A program made the translations under genes and the position numbers. This document shows, in pieces, positions 13,480-25,204 of a stretch of 64,000 bases of DNA. Under the pieces are notes generated by a model. It had not been told where the DNA came from, did not search any database, and worked only from the letters and a program-made list of their open reading frames with translations. The stretch is from Lytechinus pictus (Eukaryota): positions 22,818,001-22,882,000 of the forward strand of contig NC_087252.1 in assembly GCF_037042905.1 (NCBI RefSeq), in the 5' to 3' direction. Position 1 is the first letter of the stretch; each line of letters starts with the position of its first letter.

Positions 13480-14595
13480 GGCCCTGTATTACAAAGATTT
13501 ACGATTGATCTGATCATCTTAAAGGTAAATGCTAGTTTTGGTAACGATATCAAAATGAGTTCGTACAGAATCCAATGAAATGACCACCAAAGTGTCTGTT
13601 TGTATAAATAAAACGTATGTGCCAAAGGATTCTGGAAGAAATTGTGTAGTTGCTGAGAAATCAGCAAATAAGCACAGGATTCGGGTAGAGCGTCGGGCCC
13701 GACATTCAAAGCAATAATTATACACTGTCCCACGTGCGCTTATCTGTGTTGGGGATCTTCAGTCTGAACATTTTTTCAGCGTAGATTTCAAGATTTCACG
13801 AAGTTCAGTTTATGTAACTGTACCAGATCTAGATCTTCGATGATATACTGACAATTAAGCCTTGTTTTACAGACTTTCTCATGAAATCAGTGTTTACTGC
13901 AAATACTGGAATTTCTCTTTAAACTATATGGAAATCCAACAATGTTATAATTTTTTCGCCAGGAAATTTGCATGATGTCCTTTGTAAACAAAGAGAAGCA
14001 CCATGATTTTTTCAAGAATACAATGAATGTCGCATACATCCGTAATTCCGAAGCTTCGTTATTCCGAAGGTTCGGATATTCCGAAGGTTCGTTATTCCGA
14101 AGGTTCGTAATTCCGAAGGTTCGTTAGTCCGAAAACGAAATAAGGGTCGTAATCCCAAAGGTTCTTTAGTCCGAAAACGAAATGATTAACGAACCTTATT
14201 TCGTTTTCGCATTAACGAACCTTTGGAACAACGAACCTTATTTCGTTTTCGGATTAACGAACCTTCGGAACATCGAACCTTATTTCGTTTTCGGATTATG
14301 GAACCTTCGGAATAATGCCACAAATGTTCGGATTAACGAACCCTTTTACGTTTTCGGATTAACGAACATCGAGGTATAGGCAATCTACGTGTTTCGGAAT
14401 TACGAACCTTCGGAATAAAGAACCTTCGGAATTATGAACCTTCGGAATTACGAAGTGTAACCATAATTGTACAGTGTATGAATATAATATCTAGAAAATA
14501 TTTTGAACAAGCATTCATTTTAGATGTTGACATTGCTGGCTTTCCATAGTTGTGGTTGATCGGATCAATCGTAACTCTTGGTAAGACGGGGCCCG
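13480..14595. mobile_element. MITE carrying two nested insertions: Kolobok-like 13523-13918 and a fold-back repeat element at about 14035-14462
   Basis: Host TIR gggccc.gt.ttac.aaga.ttacgattgatc; nested TTAA|AGG...TCT|TTAA; second insert made of (ttccgaaggttcgt.a)n and its reverse complement. Confidence 0.78.
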
Positions 14596-15873
14596 GGTAT
14601 ATTCATCAATATAAGAGGGTTCTCAGAAGTCTAAAAAAAGACTAGAAAGCTGGCACAGATACTTTGCCCTTTTCATGGTATAATCAGACAGTAACTTCCC
14701 TTTTTTTATTTGAGTATGCCCTCACCCCCCCCCCCCCCCTCCTATCATCTGAACTGTAAACTGTAAGCTTCCCTTTTCATTAATGGGGTACTCCGGGCCT
14801 AAAATAATTACATCTAAAATTCGCAAAGCAAAATGCTGAAACTTACATCGAAATTGGAAAACAAATTGTGAAGTTATTGAATTAAAATTAAAATTTAGCA
14901 ATAGTTTGTGAGCAGTTTAATTATGCACGTCATCATGAATAGTCATTAGGTGGGCTGATGATGTCACAATTTCCCCACTTTCCTTCTTCAAATGTTATTA
15001 CACGAAATCATAACTTTTTCATTTTTTTCATATGTATATGTGTGAATTATATGTCTCCCTTATGATAAAATAAGTTGCGGCAATGAATGTCTATTGCATT
15101 ATTCAATTGTCAAACCATTTTTTTTTTTGGGGGGGGGGGTTCTTGGGGGGAAAAAATATGACCTCATCAGTTTGCTCATTGAATATTCATGAAGATATGC
15201 AAGTTTCACTGAAATAATGCAAATCTATGTAATGTCATAACTTTGTTATTCCTTGTCCGATTTTGGTCAAAATTTAATTGTTTTGTTTGTCTGAAGTGTT
15301 CACATCATGTTATTTTCAGCCTGGAGTACCCCTATAAGTTTCCCTTGTAAGATTTTCAGTGAAGTGTGTATAAAATATTTGTGATTGTATGTTTTGGTAG
15401 ATTTTTGGTGAGACAGATTGCAAGCTTTAGGGGAGTGAGAGCCCCCCCCCCCACCCACCACCACCAACACTATCCACATACACTACTACACTCACAATTA
15501 TTCTGTCAGTAAACTCAAGAAAATCACAAATTTCCTGTCCTCACCCTACTCCCACCTCCATTGAAAATACTGAGCCAAATTTGTTGTTATGTCAAGCACC
15601 ATTAAATCCGCAATCTTGAGCGAGTGGATATTAAATTTTGTCATGTTTGTTTTTAAAAATGTCAACTTTCACTCTTTTCAAGTCTAATTTCAACAGAATA
15701 AATTCTTTATCAATCCATAATTTACTAGTGCTGCAAGTCAGGCGTCACTCAGAGATACAAGCAGCTCTCAGAGGATTCAATGAATGGGACTACGCACAAA
15801 CGGTCAACCAACTCTTGAAGATTTTTATTTAAAAAAAGACTATGAAAAGATACAAAAACAAAGTTGTGTACGC

Positions 15874-16638
15874 TAGGGACAGTGATTTTCCGCGATCACG
15901 GAAAACAGACGGAATTCACGGAATCGGCCTTTTGAAACAGAAAGTGGCTTTTCAAACGGAAAATCACGGAAAACACTTTTTCTCAAAATACACAATAGCA
16001 ACAAAAATTACTCCCAAATCCTCAACGAAATATGAATATCAACTAGAAAAAACACAATCTCACTTCGCTACAACAATCCTGACAATCCACACATCATGAC
16101 TGCAGCACTCGAGGCCCTCCATCACTCGATCCTATCGAAATTGGTTTACACTCACGTCCGCATATAAAGGCAGAAACACAGCCGTGTGTTGCTGCCCTCT
16201 GCGTTCGGTCATATCATGATCGCGGTACATTCAACAAATCCAACATGGCGGACATGCGAAAGTCGTAGACTGCTCAAAACAATGTCCAAAAAGTCCCCCA
16301 AATCAGCAATAAAATCTCATTTAACCATAAAATAATGCTAATAATGTAAAAGGTGAGGAAGAACTTATGTTAATTATGTTTCTTGAAATAGTTTTTACAC
16401 TCAAATCTCTTCGATTAAAATTGATTTTAAAGCGTTGTTAGTACAGTGATAGATACAAAGTTTGACCAGCGTGAGCATTTTGACATCGCAACCCATTGTG
16501 TATTGATTTTTTCTATGTAAATCGAGTTGTCACTTTTTCATGTACACAAAGTCTATGGGGAAACGGAATTTCCGTTTTCAGACATGCTGAAACGGAATTT
16601 CAGATTTCTGAAAAAGAAACGGAAAATCACTGTCCCTA
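15874..16638. mobile_element. MITE, TIR TAGGGACAGTGATTTTCCG, 6-bp TSD GTACGC
   Basis: Perfect 19-bp TIR and TSD read directly. Confidence 0.87.
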
Positions 16639-16866
16639 GTACGCTCTAAAAACATAGAATTTGAAAAAGATGTTGTATTTCACCCATCCTACATACTTGA
16701 AATGGTTTCATAAAGACTTAATTGTACAACCATGGTAACTTAAGGCAATTACCATGGTAACAGGGCTAAGCAGCCCTACACAATCAAGGTTTCCACACAC
16801 ATGGTAAATCTTCATGAAGTGGGAGCCTGGACTATCACTCTAACCCACTGGAAATAGGCAGCAACT

Positions 16867-17152
16867 AAATAAATAGAAATAATATAGGATTTATATAGCG
16901 CACATATCCACCTTCTTAGGTGCTTAAGGGGCTCCTATATTACCACAGCTAAGCTAGTCTACCGATTCCGGTGCTCGCAGCTTTTTGAGGAATTAAATGT
17001 ACTTCCTGCTGGTACCCATTCACCTCACCTGGGTTGAGTGGAGCACAATGTGGGTAAATTTCTTGCTGAAGGAAAACACAACTTGGCTTGGAATCGAACC
17101 CACGTCTCTCAGATTGAAAGATGGGTCTTAACCACTAGACCACGACGGCCCC
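16867..17152 (-). mobile_element. tRNA-derived SINE
   Basis: On -: A box tggtctagtgg, B box ggttcgattcc, body 'ccttcagcaagaaattt...actcaacccaggtgaggtgaatgggta' shared with 51163-51687. Confidence 0.8.
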
Positions 17153-17329
17153 AAATGCCTGGGAATTAATAGGGAACTGTTTCATGAAGCATCTTCTCAG
17201 TGATTTTAAACAAACTTTGCTCTCAGCCAATCAGACGCAAGGATTTCAGTAGCTTATAACAGATAATCAGTGAAAATCACTGAACATTTGTTTCATGGAA
17301 TGGTGTCTCCATCAATCTTATAAACTTAC

Positions 17330-17542
17330 CTTGTAGAGGACTCGATCTGCTGTGCTGACAATCTGACTCATGTCTGCTGCCCTTTTCTCCTCCTTTCTCA
17401 GTTGACCTTTGACCCTCTGACCCCTTCTTGACCTTGGGTGAAATTTGGGCTATCTGCTGGTGTACATATCTCAGATGAATCGCAAGCTGTCCGGGCCCAG
17501 AAAACTCATAATTGCATAGATGGCACAGGGAAGATTTGGTTT
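17330..17542 (-). CDS. Second coding exon of the zinc-finger gene (one C2H2 finger)
   Basis: Acceptor ttctgcttttccccctag|, donor CAAG|gtaagt, phase 1/1, open frame: ETKSSLCHLCNYEFSGPGQLAIHLRYVHQQIAQISPKVKKGSEGQRSTEKGGEKGSRHESDCQHSRSSPLQ = C-x2-C-x3-F-x5-L-x2-H-x4-H. Confidence 0.85.
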
Positions 17543-17935
17543 CTAGGGGGAAAAGCAGAAGAAACTTGCATTATCATTCGGTGGATTCACAATACGGTGC
17601 GCTACCTGTTGGTTGCTGCGGACAGGCCAAAATTCGCAATGCCTCATGGGAGAGGTTGACATCAGTTGCACACATGCATTCGATATGCTGCACTGGCCAC
17701 TTGTTTTTAGATCCATTTTTCATAAAATTTGATTTTTTTTTTTTTTTTGGGGTACTCAAAACTGATTCACAAGGTACAAATACAGGTTTTTACAAGTTTA
17801 GATGACACAAAAAAACTTTTGAAAATGCTGCGTAATCTTATCATTTGCCACTTTAAAAAAATGCATCTCAATTCTCATTTACCTAAATCTTCAAATTTGG
17901 AAAGGTTTAATACTGCAATGAATGGGGATTTTCCA

Positions 17936-18440
17936 GGGGGCCATTTCATAAAGCTATTTGTAAGTTAAGAGCGACTTTAAGATCGACTGGTGAACCTTCT
18001 TTAATACTCACTAAGCCATGGCCAATGAATATACATGTACCATTTACCACAAGAAAGGGTCAACAGTCGTTCTTAAAGTCGCTCTTAACTTTACGAATAG
18101 CTTTAATATGAAACACCCACCAGGTCCTCTTTTGAGCATTTTGGGGGCGAAATCGCCCAACCCTTGTCTAATTTTTTCACTGACTTAGTCAAACACCACT
18201 TAACCTACCAGATAAACTGTATAGGGGAGAGTGGGGTAAATAAGGCCCCCTGGGGGCCATTTTATAAAGCTCTTCGTATTATAAGTTAAGAGCGACTTTA
18301 AGAACGACTGGTTATCCTTTCTTTTGGTAAATGGTATAAATTATATACACCATAGGCAATGGTTTAGCGCGTAAGAAAGGATCACCAGTCGTTCTTAAAG
18401 TTGCTCTTAACTTACGAACAGCTTTATGAAACACCCACCC
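17936..18440. repeat. Two adjacent copies of a ~185-bp palindromic MITE
   Basis: gggggccatttcataaagct...aagttaagagcgactttaag ... cttaaagtcgctcttaactt...tgaaacaccc at about 17936-18120 and 18252-18440. Confidence 0.75.
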
Positions 18441-18662
18441 GTTGTTTTTAGCTCACTGCTCAAGTTTACCGGTGTCAAAGGGAATGCTGTTTGTGTGGTA
18501 TTTGAGACAGTTCCTTGGCACAAATCTTGAAATGGAGCAAATGAGGTCCCCTGACAACCATATTGAATGCTGATTAATAAAATGAGATTGATTAGATCTC
18601 ATATTTCTATTGGATAATGCAGGTATCTTGAAGACCTTGTATTAGACATCTGGTCATCTTTC

Positions 18663-18822
18663 CAGGGGCCGCGGAACGGTTTTCAAAGTGGGGGGGGCTG
18701 ATAATGCAAAAAATCACAACCGTATGGTCATTTTTACGTTTTTGTACATGGTTTTGGAAAAAAGTGGGGGGGGGGTGAAGCCCCCCCAGCCCCCCCCCCC
18801 CCCCCCGCTTCCGCGGCCCCTG
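18663..18822. mobile_element. Short MITE with TIR CAGGGGCCGCGGAA; second copy 25561-25723
   Basis: TIRs and shared interior read directly. Confidence 0.82.
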
Positions 18823-19056
18823 CTTTCTACTGCTATGCATTAAAAAGATATGGTTGGAATTATGGAAAAGGAGGCCTCAATTTACCCCACTCTCCCTATA
18901 AGCCAAATTTTCATTTGACAAAGAGCATCAAGTAATTAGACACAGTTGCAATTTGACCATCTGGGTAGTAGTCTCTAACAGTAAACCTATGTTATGGTTC
19001 ATTATAGACCAGGACTCAGGGTACCAAGCGTTTCAAGAAAACAAAAATCCCATTAG

Positions 19057-19455
19057 GGCCGTCTGCACAAGCCAGAGTCTTCAAATTAGCACGCTATTTC
19101 TGATCAGGCAAATTATCCTGCTCTGAACAATCTCGAGATTATTTGTAATGGAGACGCAATTACCGCGCTAGTTCGCAAGATTAATCTCGAGATTGCAATC
19201 CCAAGTCAACTTGGGATTATTTGCAAAATAGTGTGTTATATAATGAATTATCCTACTAATTCGCAGGTGCAGACACACTCGGGATTATTTATTCACGGCG
19301 TCAGACCATAATGCATTGATGCCTTGCTCAAGCAGGAATCGCTCTTCTTGCGATGGTGAAGACAGGGTTTCTTGAATCTCCAGATTAAACGCGAAGAAGG
19401 CCGATCAGGCTAAAATCTCGAGATTGAGCAAACTCGGGGTGGTGCAGCACCGCCT
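19057..19455. mobile_element. Degenerate MITE
   Basis: ggccgtctgcaca.gcc.gagt ... actcggggtggtgcagcaccgcc imperfect TIR. Confidence 0.5.
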
Positions 19456-20232
19456 TTAGTTTTCCATGCTGAAAGTACCTAACTTCCATGATAATCAGTT
19501 CAATTTCAATTTCACATGTGTGGTGCTATCCCCCTTAGGATTTTTAGTGTACATAATCATGATTAAATAGAGGCTTAATTTAGGTAATGTGCACTTGTGC
19601 TATATAGTCAAAGAGGCTACACTATAAAACCACCATAGCAAGTCATCCAATAGACTAGATACTATTTTGATGCAACACAATATAACAGTCTATAAAGGTC
19701 ACTTTACATGTGTAATGCATAGGCTTGTCAGTCTGGCAATTTCAACTGGAACAATTGGAGTGCATTTGACAAGTAACCCTTAGCAATGGACCATTTATTA
19801 TTGTGGGATTCTTCCTAAATACCATGAAAAGAATTTGATAGCTCCGAATGATCATAAATTCAATCTTCAACACAATTTTTTTTAAATCAGTTAACCGATT
19901 CCCTACTGGAGCCAGGTGTCCATTTCACAAAGAGTTACAACTATTGTAACTTTGCCATTACGGCAACTACCATGGCAACAGGGCTCAGCAGCCAATTAAA
20001 GGTCACCATGGTACGACTGCTATGACGTCATTATGACTAGATATTAAATTTGCTTTTATTCTAAGAAGGATGATAGCATAGTCACAGATTTGAACATAGG
20101 TATTCGTATGACGATTTCGAACATTACACAGTAAGATATTCCAAGTCTCAATATTAGCATCAAATTCTACTACATTTTATTCAAAAATCGAGACGCAGAC
20201 CAATCGTAAGGTGTGCGGTCGCCTTTAAGTAC

Positions 20233-20350
20233 CTGGAATAGAATTATCTGTTTGATTCATTTGTTCTTCAGCTTGTTCTGTAGGCTTGTCTTCAAGGTCT
20301 TCTGATAATCTGCGTGGAGATTTCTGCTTGCGCCGACAAGACATTTCCAT
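20233..20350 (-). CDS. First coding exon of a C2H2 zinc-finger gene with an N-terminal RRKQxxP (NuRD-recruiting-like) motif
   Basis: Minus strand: polypyrimidine acceptor ctctctttttcag| with the exon starting at 20376; ATG at 20350; MEMSCRRKQKSPRRLSEDLEDKPTEQAEEQMNQTDNSIP; donor G|gtactt, phase 1. Confidence 0.75.
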
Positions 20351-21338
20351 CTTTTCTTGAATTCATTGATTTCTTTCTGAAAAAGAGAGAGTGAAAACAA
20401 AAAAATCATTTCAGGAGCTAAATAATTGAAGAGGTTTAACGTTCAAACGACTCTTATGCTAATCTGTATGTAGTATAGTGAGTGCGCTCCATAAATCCAC
20501 ATCATCATTTTTACTCAGAAGTTCTTGTCACGAAGCAATTTTTTTTCAGGGGCCACTTTTCACAACAGTGCATAAATCTGCAACATTGACGCTTTCACAT
20601 TGCAAAGCAATGAAATAGAAGTCACTCTCTTTTTTATTCTCCTTCGCGCATTTAAAGAGCGAAATAACCCCAAGCCCCCATATTTTAACGTTAAATTTTT
20701 CCTGCTTTTAATAATCATTTTCATCTCCTTCATGACCATTGCTACAGTATTTTGTTAGTAGTTAAATTTATTTTTATTTTATTTCTTTTCCAGGTACACA
20801 TTATACTCGTAACAATAGTCAAATTCATGACATTAATCTAACATTAGTCAAATGATCATGTTTTTTATTCAATTTTGCAAGATCAGGAATTTCAATTCAT
20901 TCATTGTCATGTCAAGATTGTTCGATCATTCAATTAAACTTAACTTAAGACAATAAATATGATCATGTTGATGGAGATATTTGCATACACAGTACCATCA
21001 ATCAAGCAATTTCTCATTTTCCACAAAAGATTGTGAATCACCGTTATGCAAAACTCACAGTTGTTCATTCATGTTCATTCACATGCATTGCGAAGTATGA
21101 ATGGAATTGGCATTTCCCGTTTATCATTCACGTATGACCGGTATTCTACACAGCTGTACGTGTGCACGCGAGACACAAAATCGATGATGCCTCATCTACG
21201 ATCAACTGCCACTGGCTACGGTGCACTCTCGTCAACTCAACTCTCACTTATTCAATCATATTAACATCGATTGTATCATTCCCCCGTTCATATCTCCAAA
21301 ATGAAATTAAAAAACACAATACACACCTTTTATCTCAC

Positions 21339-21460
21339 CCAGCTATGCAGAAGAGACTAAATTCGGTTGATTATGACTGCCTTTGTTCGCTTTTCTCCCC
21401 ATCTTTTCGTTCGCGGAGGATCCGTAAAGTTTACATTATATTTCGCGAAATTTGACCTCT
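21339..21460 (-). other. Putative non-coding first exon (5'UTR) of the zinc-finger gene
   Basis: Donor gg|gtgaga on - (plus strand tctcaccc at 21333-21340) next to a CpG-rich patch; the start coordinate is a guess. Confidence 0.45.
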
Positions 21461-21665
21461 TCCCAATTGACTTTCCGGGTCGTGCCTTTTGGATGACCCC
21501 GGGGGAGAAGCAACCTTTCCTCCGCGGGGTATGCCGTTGCAGCGGGTGGTCTTGTTGCTAGCCATCCGACAAACTTTTGACCAATCACAGCCCGGGGATG
21601 GATGCATATCAAATCAGTCAATGACAGCGAGCCAATCAAAACGATTGCGTAACGAAATATCGGAC
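21400..21665. promoter_or_regulatory. Putative promoter of the zinc-finger gene: CpG-rich patch with two CCAAT boxes
   Basis: gaCCAATcac at 21581 and agCCAATcaa at 21632 (NF-Y-like); local CpG enrichment in non-repetitive sequence upstream of the putative first exon. Confidence 0.5.
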
Positions 21666-22949
21666 ATACATTTTATTGTATTATACTGAGCGAATTAATT
21701 GTCATCGCTGGCTATGCAGGTTTATCAAATACTCAGATGGATAAGTAGAATTAACGAGTCTTTGTATAGTATTGGAGTATTTGGCTTTGCCGGAGATAAA
21801 TCGCGTACTAAATTCATTTCTTGTAATTGAATATTCGGCATGTGCTTGTGATGTTGGTAAATATTTAAACGATTGCCCACACTACATGGTTTCAAAATGT
21901 ACATTTCTTTTCCTTTTCATTTTCTCTACAGTAGATTATATCAAAATTAAATTAATAGCAAACTTCCATCTCATTTCTATTAATGAAGTACTATGTTGTT
22001 TGATTGTTTATATCTTATTGTTTTCAATTCCATTATTATCGTCATCATCATTTCCATATCTATATCGTAGTTATTTACCACAGAATTGTTTTATTTTGAT
22101 TTAAAAAAAACTGAGCTCGGGCTTCGCGCTCACATTGTTTATTTAGGCCTTATGAAATATCTGATCTTGTTAATTTTTTTTAAGCAGGTATTTCTGCATT
22201 TATTAATAAATCAAAATTACAAATTTATAACAATGATATAACATCAAACGTACATAATGATCAAATTACAAAGGTTACAATTGTATAGTAGTTAAGTAGA
22301 TATAGACATAATTCATGTAAACAATAACAAATGAATTTAAATGCAGAGGCCAGCTATCGTAAGCTGAAAGCTTGAAATAATAGCAGCCAGGGTAAAATGA
22401 GAATGAAGCTAAAATATGAGAATAAAGGTAAAATATTCTTAAAACGTAAGCCTTCGGTTACAATTCCCTTCCCCCTAATTCAAAACAAAATAAAACAAAG
22501 CAAAAGAATCTGCTTTTAGCAGACGATAGATGTGGATGAAATTATCCCCCCCCCCTCTATTTGGGAAAGATGAAGCCGTCCCTGCCCACTCGTGAAAACT
22601 CAACAAGCCCTGCTTTTTAGTGGATCCCTCCATTTTCTCAACATTTATTTAAATAGTAAAGATGAATAAAAGAAATTATACGCAAAATGCTTTATCATGA
22701 ATAGTCTACAGTTATTATTATGATTATCTAGTTCATTTTAAATATCATTATTAATATGATTATCATATTGTTTAGTGTCTATTGTAAATATTTATTTATC
22801 TATGTCATATTGTCATACTGTATATATTTGTATATTTATTTATTTCTTTGTAATGATTTCTTTTACTGTTAAATTGACTTGAGTTGAAATGAAAATAAAC
22901 CAAACCAAACTGAACTGAACTGTCAACAAGATGGGGTTGCCACGCAGTC

Positions 22950-23126
22950 AAGCTTAGCTTATAGTGGCAACCCCTGCAACCTTCTAACAATCGATATATA
23001 TTAATAGAAAATGCAATTATGTTCAATGTTTTGCTTGTCAGTTATACGTATATTATTGTTGTATTTTCTTTGTTCATGTGTTTATGAAAAAGTGTTGCAG
23101 AAACCAATAAATGAAATGAAATGAAA
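22950..23126 (+). mobile_element. LINE 3' tail fragment related to the 32650-34526 element
   Basis: Shares 'tgaaaaa(g)tgttgca..aaaccaataaatgaaatgaaatg' with 34475-34526. Confidence 0.6.
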
Positions 23127-25204
23127 CAAGATCGATTAAAGTTGAATGTCTGAGCGTGATGTTTTTGTAACGTGGTACTAATGACTGTAGCTAGTGTGGG
23201 ATTAGTCAATTCGTAATACGTGTTGCTATGTCAGTGTCTTATGCAACATGTATCATTCGAACAAGCCCATCCCATGCACGGGGAACGTGTTTTTTTTCTT
23301 ATTTTATGAGGTGGGTGGGGGCATTTTTCTCATTATCGATTAGTCCAAAGAAAGTTAAGAAGATATAGAAAAGTTGCATCAAATATAAATCGAGATCTAT
23401 TTGACTATGTTGATGCTTATCAGGGCTAATGTCTGCCAATTTGCGTAAATCGCTATTTCAGTCCATTTTGTCTGAGCTTTCTGACATTTTCATGGATAAT
23501 AAATAGTCAAACAGAAAAATCTATACATGAACCGGTTGACTAACAGATTAACAATAGTATGCACATTATCAAACAAATGTTGTTCTTGATGACACCCTGA
23601 AAACAAGCCCGATAATAAGCCAGTTCGGAGTTCCATTCTTCACATCACTGGCGGATCAAGGCGATTGGGGGGGGGGGGGGTAAAGCCGGCCCGTGCCCCC
23701 CTTTTGAGAGGCAAACTTAAAATTTGTAATGTAAAAAAAATGCCGTTAAAACAGAAATGAGTCCCCTTTGGAAAGTGGAGACTTTTTTTTTTGCTTGACA
23801 TTTTTTTTCGTGGACGAAATATCCTGAATTTTTGTTTTTTCTTTCTTTTTTTCTTCGTTTTGCTTGTCAAATCAGTTTTTCCTTGGGAAAATGTGTCCCC
23901 CCTTGGAAAATCCTGGATCCTTCTGCTGCGCATGATCAGAAGACAGTCATTCGTACTAAAAGTGACATGGTGGTTAAATATCTAATGAGATAAGCACCAA
24001 CTTTGATGTCTTGATTATTCATAATTTCTTTTGAATTTTGTTTTTCATTAGATGCACACAAAACAACAATGCGTCCACTAGCGACTAGTATTTCATTGGC
24101 CATGTTGGCCATGATTGTTATGGCAACTTGTTGCATTCAAAGTAAAAATGCAACAAATACTTTCATAGAGTGTTCATTGGTGTGATATTCTGCATCCTGC
24201 TATATGTAAGGCATGCTTACATAATATCTTGCTTTGAAATCTGCCTATCATAATGTAAAAAAATGAAAGTTCATTTGACCAAAATTGCCCATGATCGAGG
24301 GAATACCGAACTGTACTGACCGCACATAAATGTTGTTGGCGCTAACAATGCACGAACAGAGGCCCTGTTACAACCTATAATGAGGCAGTGATGCCTGATA
24401 CATTTTAACTACATATTTTTTTTATAAAATTCACCAATTGTGTGCTCGAAATTCTTTAAGAAATTCAATAGCGCCCCAGTGATAAGCTCGGTCGCTTCGC
24501 TTGCAGGTTTTCGACTTTCAAACATTTTTACGCGTCATGCCCCCCCCCCCCTCCCCAGAAAAACAAATCTGTGTACGGCCGTGAACATAGCAACACTCAG
24601 CTATTGATTTAAAAAAAATATTTTTTTTTTAGGTTGAATTAACGGTACTTGGTTTACCAGGCACCTACCTATTAAAAGTAACGCTTATGTGTTTTCAATA
24701 ACTTGTCCTGCATGATGCACATGTTAAATAGATATATACCTGCTGGCAACTATAGCATGAAAAGCTATTATATCGAAGTGGGATGGCCTTTGTGCTAACA
24801 TCGAACCACTCCTCACACTTCACCCCCAAGTGCATTTAAAAGCGATAAAAATATTCGTTATACAAAGCCTATTATATTTTAACAATAACGGCATTCCTAA
24901 TGCGGGATTGAAAGGGAAAACCCCGAAAGTTGTTATTGTGATGATGATTGTTTTTTTATGTAGAGGCCTATACAATTTTTTGTTTGCCTGTTGTGTCCAT
25001 GTAGGAAAGAATACAACGTCTCACAGTGTGGAATACAGTGTGAAATAGGGTTCAAATGGCACGACATCCACCCTCTACGCCGATGGCTTCTTTGGGTGGC
25101 ATTGAAATGATAGGGATTCATCTTGGTTATAAAATGTTGTGTTGAAAGGAGAACATAATGGTGAAAGTTAGGAAGAAATCGGACAAGCAATAATGAATCA
25201 AATC

